Part shown: piece by piece, positions 51,582 to 62,443 of the stretch
Numbering within the stretch: the stretch's first letter is position 1
Layout of the letters: each line of letters opens with the position of its first letter
NCBI GenBank assembly: GCA_001643675.2
Contig: LSRY02000032.1
Coordinates: 248,001 to 312,000, forward strand
Reading direction: 5' to 3'
DNA length: 64,000 nucleotides
Origin: Monocercomonoides exilis PA203
Lineage: Eukaryota > Protista > Preaxostyla
Notes under the pieces: generated by a model
The model's input: the letters and a program-made list of their open reading frames with translations, nothing else
Databases searched by the model: none
What the model was told of the DNA's origin: nothing
Program-made: the position numbers and the translations under genes

Positions 51582-54500
51582 TAAGCCTCTGCGACACAAA
51601 AAATAAAAGTCCAATTTGTCGGTCGAGCAGACAAGCTTGTGTCGAAAAGTTATTTTAAGTGAAAAAATTCATTTTTTTAATTAAATAGCATTTTTCACAT
51701 TTTCAACGAATTTATCAATGTAAAATTTACTGTTTATTGTTATTAAATGCACAATCAAAAATTGTTTCGCTAAATGAAAAATATTTTGTGATATTTGAAA
51801 AAGAATATTTAATTATTTGTTTCGATCAATTTGAAAACTGATTTCCTTGATGTTATTTTATTTCCATTAACAATTATTTATTCTTACGGGAAAGACATTT
51901 GAAACTTTTCACATCTCTATTACTTGCAATTTAGACATCAAAGGAATTTATTCAAATTCGCATTATATTATTAACTGGTTTGATTTTACACAGCCTTGCA
52001 CAAATGATGACTATTTCTTTAAATTTGAAATATGAATTGAGCAATGTTTTAAAAAATAGAGCAAATGGACACAACAAAAAACCAATCGTTTTCAATGCAC
52101 GAATATGTTGATTGCACAGCTCCACAAGCAGGTGCTCCTAATGTGCATGACAATGAAAATTCAACCATCACTTTCGAAAATCAGTCATTTTCAATATGCA
52201 ATACTTCGACAAGAAGTGGAACAATATATGCTGAAAATCGCTGTGCATTGATCTTCATTCTTCATTCATCAGATGTGCTGTGGCAGCTTTTTATTGAGGG
52301 GTCGGATGAATTGCAGCACAGAATATCCCCTTTCAATCAATAATAGATGGACAGTTTCAAAGAAATTGCTCATCGAAAAATGACGGAAAGGCAGACGAAC
52401 TCCTTCAAACAATAACTCAAAGGCAAAAACATGTTTCATTAATTCGCATTTCGATAAATGTCGATGCAATTGAACAGTTGATGAGGCAGGGGGAGCATTT
52501 CAACGTTGAAATCCAATTGGCAAAGTTATTATATCAAACTGTATATTCTGCGGTTGCTATTCAATGTGCGGAGGAGGTGCGGTAAGCAAATAAATGCATT
52601 CAAACAATTTGGAAGTTTTGTTTAATTACTGTTTTTTCCATAATAATATTGCTTAAAAGACGGACATAATATTTTTTCGCATAAATTAGCATAAAACAGC
52701 AATGATCAAAGTTGTTATTCAATTAGGGAAACTGAAACCATAATCAGTTTGGATTATTCAATAGTCGTGGGTAAAAGAAAATACTTAAAAACGATTTTGG
52801 AATAATAAAATTAGTTTCTTCAGCAGATTCTAAACCCAAAGGAATAGACGCATGTACATGTGGGCTTGATTAAAGCTCCATGCTGCACCATCAGCCATTG
52901 TTTGACTCCTCTTATTCCTAATTAATTGACTGATATCGAGATATTCTCACGAAAAATTACAGAGACAAAAGCGCGGGCTGTGGCAACTCGTCCTTCACGA
53001 CATACGGCCCAAGCGATTTGACAACAACAATCCAAACAAAATTTGAAAAATCAGGCATATCTCTATCTTCCTTCTCAACAGGCACATTAACTGTTTGCGA
53101 TCTAGTTGTTGTGATCAACTCGTCGAATGAAAATAATCGTGGATCAAAGATTTTTTGAGATTATGGGAGCAGGAAAGCTGAGGATAAGCCCGCTGAACAT
53201 ATCTGCTGGAAGTGAACAAACGAAGAATGCAACTTGACCAAGGCTTTTTGTGATTTTCAAAAAATTAATTCGAAATTTCATGAATGAATCAAGTAATTTC
53301 TATTGGGAAAAGAAAGAAGTTGAAGCATCCATATAGAAACGAGCTGAGCCAGATGTCTGCTGATGATACACTCTCTTCATACCTACCACCTGGTGCGGCG
53401 ATGCAGATTCGTGTGCTCCACATGTATAGCCCTGGGACAGAGCAGAGGCAGAAAGCGCAGAATCAGAGAACGGAGCACGCACATGCAAAGCATCAGTGCT
53501 TGCACGGAGCGAAAGGAGGCAGTTTGCTAACGTTCCTCCAATGTTTAAAAGAAGAAAACTTTACATCCACAAGAACAAGATGAATACACTTGCTACTCCC
53601 ACTCGTCCACAAGCGCACAATACATAACTATAAACACTCCAATCATCCCTTTCGCTTGGCACACTCGTACGATAACACAAGTCGCATTCCGCAGATCAAT
53701 TAACGGTACACTTTCCTCCGGCACAACTGCCCCAATCGCAACAAACTCGTCCATCGTCTCTCTCTGCCTGTTCGAGTTCAAATGCGACAATGCCCCTCCG
53801 ATACCAAACATCCACCCCCACCCCCGCCCCATTCTCTTCTCCTCTCTCTCCTCCCATACATCCTCTCCCCGACAAACGTTATGTTCATCATCTTATCCTG
53901 CAGAAGTCATCCCTACCGCAACAGACTTCTTCACAATCCTCCAACTCCATACGCAGTTCTTCCAGCTCCACCGACATAATCATAACTTCCAAAAAGTCCT
54001 TGAAGGTAACGTTTAAGTTCCGATTTTCTAGTGGCTCATAACTTGGATTCAATAAAATTGTTGGAAATATTCTCAACATCTTTCACTTGTTTCTTTAATT
54101 TTGTACCAACAATAATACTCTTTTCTTCCTTTCATCAAAACACACATTTTTAAATAAAAGCCATGTTATCAATTTTTTCTCCGTGTTCATATTGCAACTT
54201 TGTTTATTTTCATATGATGTGCAAGAAATTATTAAAGATCTCGTGAGCACTTCAACTGATAGCGAAATAAAATCGATAGACAAATAATCAAATTCCATTT
54301 GAGTAAATTAATTTTTCGAAGAAATTAATGACATGTTTTGTAAAAAAAAATGAAAATGAACTCAAATACACTTACTCATCTCATGCAAGAAGAAAAGCAA
54401 CAATTTTGTGTTGCTAAAAAAAAGGTTTAAAAGAAGCAAAATATTTTTTTGAAAATTTTGTTGGATCAAATAGAGAGTTTTGCGGATTTGAAGATGAGAT

Positions 54501-54892
54501 TAGATATTGAAGTTTTTAATGCCTCAATATCAAAAAGGAATTGGCAATCAAACAAAAATTGCCATTTTTTCTTTTTTCTGCAATTCGACTGATCTTTGTC
54601 AAACGACTGATCTTTGTCGTTCGACTGATCTCGACAAAGATCAGTCGATAACCCATAAAAAAAATAAGAATTTTTGAAAAAAAAGGGGAATTTTTGATTT
54701 ATCAAATTTATATAAATTTATTAATATTAATCGGCAAAAAAAAATAAAGATTAAAATTCTATTTCGTTTTTTTCTGAAAAAATATGAAAATAAAAATTAA
54801 TACTTTTTTTATAACTTACAAATTAAACTCATATGAATTGTCGGTCGACTTGTCGAGTTGTCCAAAAAATGTCGGTCGGTCGCAGAGGCTTA
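51582..54892. mobile_element. 3.3-kb non-autonomous hAT-like element with cargo (14-bp TIR TAAGCCTCTGCGAC, 8-bp TSD GACTAAAT)
   Basis: gactaaat|taagcctctgcgac ... gtcgcagaggctta|gactaaat; subterminal GTCGGTCG and cgactgatctttgtc repeats; no transposase seen. Confidence 0.92.
52065..52700 (+). pseudogene. Decayed N-terminal ectodomain fragment of the surface-receptor family inside the hAT-like element
   Basis: TFENQSFSICN...GTIYAEN; EAGGAF...VIISNCIFCGC...GGGAV...NYCFFHNN; several stops. Confidence 0.6.
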
Positions 54893-55429
54893 GACTAAAT
54901 CTTTTTGAAAAGTGACATCAGATCGAAAATTTGACCCATCGTCATTAAATAATTTTCTTTCCGTTTCCATTATTCTCATAAAAAACGAAAAAATTCACTA
55001 TAATGCTTATCAGTACATTGCAAACTTCTTTATGGAAAGAAAAATCAAAATCAAAAAAGTATACATCTGATTTATTGATCAAAATCAAAATATATGTTTT
55101 TCAAAGAAAAAGGGTTTCACTTGATTGAACTTCTTTGCAATTATTTACAAATGAAATGTCCAAGGTGTGTTTTGATTCTATTTCGTGATAAACTTGATTT
55201 TCAATGTAAATTCTAATTTTCATTTGAATAGAATTTTTCATTTGCATTATGCACATGAACTTAACATAAATGCGAAAATTGAACACACACATTCGATGCA
55301 TCTGAAAATTTGAAAAATTTAGTGGTTTGTATTTTATTTTAACAAAAATATTTTAATTACTTTTTTTTATTCAATCATGCTTTTTGATTGAAAAGTTCGC
55401 AGTTGATAGTTAACATTTGTCTCTTAAAT

Positions 55430-56130
55430 GGCATATAAGATAAAGATCTTAATTCTTGTTCATTTACAGTATGTGCAAGCACAACATCGGCTGATGGGGG
55501 ATCGATGATGCTGTGTGTAGGGAATGGAAATAAGGAAAAAGTGAAAGGCGGGACCTTTGATGGCTGCTTTTGCTCAGCATCCAATGGTCTTGGGGGAGGA
55601 ATTCTTCTTCGATTATTGACTGATGATCCCAATTTCCTGATTTTTTCTTCCTTTGACACAAACACAGCCAAGTGGAGCTGTGATATCTTTGCCATTTCAT
55701 CCAATCTGGAAGAAACAGCAAAATAAGAAAACATCGCATGTGTGACAGATTCTTTGGATTCTCTTGAGAAGGTGAGGGGATATGACAATGGAAATACAAC
55801 TTTGGCTATCCCTCTGTGCATTTATCTCCTTCCCACACCAGAAGAAATATATGTGAGTAACGCTGAGTCATATGATCATTCACATTGCGGAATTGCTCAA
55901 TTCCCTTGTTTGACCTTGAAGCACTCACTCACACATCAAACAGAAGAAAAGAAAGTTGTTGTCAGTGGAATGATACAGATGAGCAATGAATTGGAATTTG
56001 CTGGATAGAAGCATAGCATCCGTGAAAACGATGAAGTCAGCTGCTGGGCCATTTCCGATGCCAGCTCGTCATTAAGCTCTGCAATGATAACAGCAAGCGC
56101 TGAAACAGTTTTGTCAAAACTGATCTTCTT
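55430..56130 (+). pseudogene. Captured receptor ectodomain fragment (copy 2)
   Basis: GGSMMLC..FDGCFCSASNGLGGGILL...IPLCIYLLPTPEEIYVSN..DHSHCG..FPCLT; stops at 55724 and 56006. Confidence 0.8.
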
Positions 56131-58067
56131 TCTTTCATCTTCTTTTTCTTCTTCTTCTTTTTCTTCTCCTTCTTCTTCTTCCTCATCCTGTTCCTTTTCT
56201 CCTTCTTCGCCATCCGACCGCAAGAAAATCATTGCTCGCTCTCTCAGAACATCTGCCTCCATCACACTCACAAACAGCACTGTTATTGTGTCCTTGTTCC
56301 AATTCAAAGAATTACACTTTTTTCAGATTATCTCAATCATTATCTCCACACTAGCCTGTCACACACAAACGTCTGTTAACCTTTCTGCAAACACAGCTGC
56401 CACAAAATAATTAGCTTGTTTAATCGCATATACAGTCTCCAAAAAAACAACTCTCATACACTCAAATGCATCGCTGCCCGCTTTATTTCTTTGACACCCA
56501 AACAGATACAGCGTATAAACCAGGAAGAAATGGTGTTGCTCACTCAGAGCATAAAGAAAAAACGCCAAGCGTTGACATTTGTGCTCTCGGTATTTATTCG
56601 TTAACTCGACTTGCCGGAACTTCGCAACTTGTGTCATCTCTTCCTCATTTCCGCAAAGAGCAGCAGAAGCAGTTGCATTAGCAGCAGCAGCAGAAGAAGA
56701 AGATGATGATGATGATGAAGAAACAAAGTTGTATTGCACATCCTCTGCTGCCATCTTCAATACCATGGGAGCATCCATCGGAACAACCGCTGAGAATGCG
56801 TGGTCTGTTAGAAATGGCGTACGAAGCATCATAGCCGCGTAAACCCATCGTCTGTACAGCATTCGACTGTCTTTTCTAAATAAACTCCTCTTCTGTCCCA
56901 AGCCTCTTGTCTGACGTGTTGAATGAACCCGCCTCCCCTCCTTCTGCACCTCAGCCTCCATTCACTCACCCTGCCAAATCAGCTGTTTATCCGCATCAGA
57001 CACCTCATCAAACACACACTCAAACGCATGCACTGACAGTGTCGCTGAACAATTGCTCAGAATCTCCTTCGCATTTCCTGCTTCTCCTCCTTCACTGCTC
57101 TGCCGTGCAGCTTCAATTCCCTTCTCAGATGTGAATTTCACCTTCTCCAAATCATCTCTCCTCCATCACAACAGGCACTTTCACTCTACTTCACAGTAAC
57201 CATTGCTTCATCACAATTTGCACATCCGCAAGGCGGTTCAGCTCATCCTTGCTGATAAAGATACCACACTCAAACTCGTTCTCCTCTGCTTTGTGCTCAA
57301 ACTATTCAACAAAGGCGTTAAGCATAACCACAAAGTCTTCCACAATAGCCTGCTTCTTCACTGCTTCTCTCTCTGTCCCATGCTCAATGAGGATCTCGCA
57401 CTGCTCCAAAGTCAGATTCCTCTTCAACTTTGTTTCTCAGCTGTATCTACGCCATTTCATCTGAATCTTTGCACAGCTTATGGTTAGCAGCATGCACAGC
57501 TCTCCCAGCGCATCCAAAGTCTGCCCGTCTGCAATGCGCACAAGCATCATTTGCTGGTTGCCTTTAAAGTTAAAGGCACTTCTCGTAATCCTTCAACCTA
57601 ATAGAACAACCACAACATCCCGCTCTTCTATCTGCACTCCCTTTTCCCTTCCTCTTCCTCCTCTTCCTCTTTTTTTTCTTCTTCTAAAAAAACCAACAAA
57701 ATCAATTGCAACTTCAGCAAATTCAGCAAATTCAGCAATTTCAACAGCATAATCAACAAAGTCAATTGCAAAACCAACAAAACCAACAAAGTCAACAAAA
57801 TCAACTAAACCCACTGCAAAACCAACAACAATTTCAAACATTTCAATCATTTTAGTCACAATTCCCCTACCAGTATCAACTTCAGCACTTGCAACAGCTA
57901 CAAAACTGGCTTGGTAATACTTCTCCTTCTTTGCTTCCTTCTTCTTTTTCTTCTTCCTCTTCCTCTTCTTCTTCTTCTCTATCTTCTTCTTCATTTTCTT
58001 CTCCTTCCTCCTCCTTCACTTCTTCTTCTTCTTCTCTTGTTCCTCCTCTTCCTCTCTATCATCATCT

Positions 58068-58265
58068 TCTTCCTCCTCTTCCTCCTCTTCCTCCTCTTCC
58101 TCCTCTTCCTCCTCTTCCTCCTCTTCCTCCTCTTCCTCCTCTTCCTCCTCTTCCTCCTCTTCCTCCTCTTCCTCCTCTTCCTCCTCTTCCTCCTCTTCCT
58201 CCTCTTCCTCCTCTTCCTCCTCTTCCTCCTCTTCCTCCTCTTCCTCCTCTTCCTCCTCTTCCTCC
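58068..58265 (+). repeat. 9-bp tandem repeat (CTTCCTCCT)~22, poly-Glu on the minus strand
   Basis: Perfect array; no array of this kind at the corresponding position in copy 1. Confidence 0.95.
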
Positions 58266-60207
58266 TTTTCATCATCTTCATCCTTTTCATCCCTTTCCTC
58301 CTCCTCTTCCTTCTCAATATCAATCGAACTTCTCTCTCTCCCTGATTCCTCATTCATCCTCAAATCATTCGTTGGCATTTCCACCTTTTTGATATCTTTC
58401 CCCACTCCCTCTGAACTTCTATCTGAACTTATGCCCAAAGATCCATCTGCTGCTTCTTCTTCTGCTCTTGATATCTCCTGTTGGATACCATCAGATGGAG
58501 AAGAACTGCACACTTTTGGTTCCACTGAATGCTGCTTGTCTGCGCCAGCCTCAACCTCTGCCTTCACAAACCTCAGCCCACTCAGCCCAAGCGCCTCCAC
58601 AATCAACGGCGCCATCGCTTCTTCCAGCTTCCCCTGATTCTCTTTGGTTCTCTCCACAAACTCTCTGTGCGCTGTTGGATCCCCGCCTTTCTCCTCATTC
58701 CCATCACCTCCCTCTCTCCCTCCATCTTCTTTTCCCTTTTCTTCTCCCTTTTTGTCTCCCCTTTCTTCTTCCTCTGCCACTTCCCGCTCCTCTAGCACAG
58801 ACAGCGCAATCGCTGTTGGAGACAGAACCACATCCTCCATCATTAACCCCTCCGCCTCCAGCCCCTTCTCCACAATCCCCCCCACTTCACACACTGCAAT
58901 CCCTCGCCCCATCACTTCATCGTCCAGCTTCACCACCAAATTTTTCAACTGCAGCGATCGCGAAGCCAGCAGCAATGTTATGAACAGATCGTATTCACAT
59001 CTGCTGCTACAAACATTCGCTTGCCCCCCTTCTTCGTGCCCACAAACGCTGCAAGCAAAGGAAGCTACCCCACCAGCTGAACCGAAATCATCGATGAAAG
59101 CGCCACATCGTATGAACACACAACACCCCCATTCAGCACCGCCCGCCGAGCCACACCGTATTCCCGAAGCGTCTGCAGCGCCCGCAGCGACAGCAGCAGC
59201 TGCAGCGACAGCGGCATGTGCAGCCCATACACCCCAGCCGCCTCTGGCACCACAATCCGCAGCCGCCTCTCGATATCATCCATCGCTCCGGTCGATGTGT
59301 ATGACTCTGCCACAGCCGACGCATCCGAAGGGTCAATCGCAGGCGCTGATGAAGATGATGGCTGATCATCTCCTGCTGCCTTCTTCTCGTCGCTTTTCCG
59401 CCTCCGGAATGGTGAAGTTGATCGGCGTGCTGCTCCAGTTGAAGAAGACGAAGAAGACGAAGGCGCTGAGCGACGAGACGACTGCTGCGCTGCATCGGCC
59501 ACAAGAGGCTTTTTTCGATACCACTCTATGTCAATTGGCAGTTCAGCATGTGACACAAGCACAACATTTTCATTTGTTTCAGAACGGTTAACAGCAGATA
59601 AAACCTGCTTTTTTTGTGTAATTAAAAATGTTTGAAGCAGGATTTCTTTTGATAATGCGTTAATATAAAATGAAAGGGAGAAGAAAAAGGCACATTCTGA
59701 GAAGAAAGAACCAGTTGAAATAAACTGTTTGAATCTAAATTTGAGAATAATTTGTTTTTTTGAGTTTGGAGCGAATGGTGATATATTTTGAAAAATAATA
59801 ATTTATACCACAATTTTCGAGAATTGCATTAAAAATTGCTTTATGCAAACAACTTTTTGAATACATTCGATTGTTACGAGTGAAGTTTTGATGAATTTTT
59901 CATGATTGATAATTTCTTATTAAAAAATTCTAGAATTCAAGAAAATCAATTTTATTTGTTTTTCTTCATAAGAAAGTGATTAAAACTTAATTAATGTCAA
60001 TAAATTCAGAATGAATATTCTAATATATGAAATGAAAAAGAAGAAATAAGAATATGTAAATCATTTGATTCAAATAGCTGAAAATCATTTTCTTTCAAAT
60101 GAGTATTACAAAATAAGTTTACAGTTCATATGATATCAACAAAATTGTTTCTTATTTTTCAATAATAAGCTCAGAAAATAATATATATATATATATATAT
60201 ATTATAT

Positions 60208-60462
60208 GGGTGATTATTTTTGAAATCATAACTATTTTCAGGATGCTTATTATTTTGATAATTCATTGTCATTGAAAATAAATTTATCATTGAAATATGA
60301 AAATTTATTCAACTATATCAAAAGCATATGTTTGATGTGAAAAAGAGACGGAAATGTTTTTGTTGGAGTTATAATTTTTCCGTGTTCATAGAAAAATATT
60401 TCAAACATAAAGTTGAACCGAAATTCTTTTTCGAAAATATATGATTTCAAAAATAATCACCC
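60208..60462. mobile_element. 255-bp MITE (GGGTGATTATTTTTGAAATCAT TIR) next to an (AT)n tract
   Basis: atat|gggtgattatttttgaaatcata ... tatgatttcaaaaataatcaccc|acat; same TIR as 19787-20042; (AT)11 at 60181-60202. Confidence 0.9.
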
Positions 60463-60790
60463 ACATGGTCATAAAAAGTTCCGCTAATCAATAGATGAAA
60501 ATGAGGTTTTGCAAAAAAAATTAAAGTCGAGGAACTTTTTAAAAAAATTTTCCCATTTATTTTTTATTTCAAACCTTTGTTAAGCTCGAAAAAAGCTTCA
60601 GAAAGTTTCAAAAAAAAGAGTTGAGATTAATTTTTGAGGTCAAGATAAAATATCCACCCTAATAAATATCCCAATATGACACTTTTTCTTTCATCATCTT
60701 CCTCTCAAAATACATCAAATCTAATTTCTGCACAATTCCTTCAACTTCAAAATAGAAAAAAAAGCGCACAAGATTTCAGTTTTCTTCATA

Positions 60791-61190
60791 ACAGATATCG
60801 CATAAAATACCGGACATCGCACAATATACCGGACAAGATCGATTTCACAATAACTGCAAGAGGAATAATTCTGACAATTTTCCTCAAAATATATCTCATT
60901 AACACAAACTCACGTGACATACAAGACTTTCAGGACAGCTTCACTTGTGCTCAGAAAAAATTAATGATTGAAATCTCGGAGAAACTCAAAGTCCTATTTC
61001 TCCGAGATTTCAATCATTAATTTTTTCTGAGCACAAGTGAAGCTGTCCTGAAAGTCTTGTATGTCACGTGAGTTTGTGTTAATGAGATATATTTTGAGGA
61101 AAATTGTCAGAATTATTCCTCTTGCAGTTATTGTGAAATCGATCTTGTCCGGTATATTGTGCGATGTCCGGTATTTTATGCGATATCTGT
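60791..61190. repeat. Perfect 400-bp palindrome (194-bp arms, 12-nt loop)
   Basis: 60791-60984 is the reverse complement of 60997-61190; loop ctcaaagtccta. Confidence 0.96.
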
Positions 61191-62332
61191 ATCTCCATTA
61201 TTCATGAGCATTTGAGTTGAAAGAACTGTCTACAACATTTATTTTAAAAGCCCTATTCATTCTTCTTGTAAAATTTAACAGCTCTTTAATTTCAATGTGA
61301 GCTGCAACATTCTGATCGTGAGGAAAAGCGAGAAGTTGAATATTTTTCCTCAATAATAATGATTAAATTTTTTCAGTTGCATGTTGTTTAAAGAAAAATC
61401 AACAAAACAGAAAAAATGTTTACAAGTCAATCATTTTATAATTCTAAAAGTGATTTTTTGACTTTTTGGTTTATCAGATAAACTTCCAGCTTCTTGTTTG
61501 AAACTTATGTTTCATTTTTTAAACGATTTGAAAATGCAATTTCTTCTCATCTTCCTTCAACCCATTTTCCCCTAGGTTTCTTAGACTGAGAATCTTTCAC
61601 TTATCAATGATCACTGATAGGTTCAATAATTTATCGGTGCACAAAGAATTAATCGGGACCTAAATTTTCTGGCTTACCGGAGCACATTTAGAAAAAAATA
61701 AATAACAGAAAAATTTAAATATGGGACAAGATATTTGACTTCAGGTATTTTCATTGAAAAATTATGCACTTTTCATTGACTTTTTGAGACAAAAAACACA
61801 ATGAAAATGGGTCCATTTTTTCACATTCGTGAAATGTTGGAAAACTTTATGTTTTGATTTCAACGATGCCTGTGTGCAGATATGAAAATCAAATTTATTT
61901 TGAAATCTGAGAAAACGAAATAAAGTTATGAGTGAAGCAATTTTTCAATGCCTTGTGCAAAAAAAGCTTGTAAGTTTATATTTTTCCCCATATATTTTAA
62001 TCAGCTATTCCAGTAAATAATTTTTATTTTATTGATTTTAGTGAAAAGATCAGGAGTTTCTTATTTTATTTTTCGATCAAAGATTTGCTCATATTTCAAT
62101 GAGCTTTTTGTTTTGAGATTTTTAAGTGTTGTTATTGTTATTGAACATAACTTCTTTATAATTTTGGTTATTTTTCATTGTTTAACACTTCATTTTTTTA
62201 TTTCTTTTTCCATTTCACTAAATTTCGACAAATCGAAGAATACATTTGAATAAATGAGTTTTTTCGTTAATTTAAAAGAAAAAATATAGACCTGTGCGAC
62301 ACGACAAGCGATTTTTTGTTGCTGTCGGTCAC

Positions 62333-62333
<1 letters not shown>

Positions 62334-62380
<47 letters not shown>
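62334..62380 (+). repeat. Poly(A)47 tract upstream of the kinesin
   Basis: Homopolymer run. Confidence 0.97.
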
Positions 62381-62382
<2 letters not shown>

Positions 62383-62443
62383 ACATGGGTAGCATTGAAA
62401 ACAAATATCATTTCTGCATATCATTTTCGTTCAATATTAATAA

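Larger units (their letters stand above)
54893..60100. mobile_element. Second, diverged and right-truncated copy of the 24881-32047 cargo element
   Basis: 54901-56150 is colinear with 24889-26140, 56741-57200 with 29091-29550, and 58350-60080 with 30100-31830. Left TIR remnant ...ctttttgaaaagtgac; no right TIR found. Confidence 0.85.

Noticed and set aside
54587-54650. CRISPR-like array
   Set aside because: Only three 18-bp-period units with 3-nt gaps, eukaryotic context and no cas genes; explained as hAT subterminal repeats.
57889-58392. Pro-rich (LPP)n, Leu/Phe-rich and Arg/Lys-rich ORFs
   Set aside because: Alternative-frame translations of the 9-bp tandem repeat.
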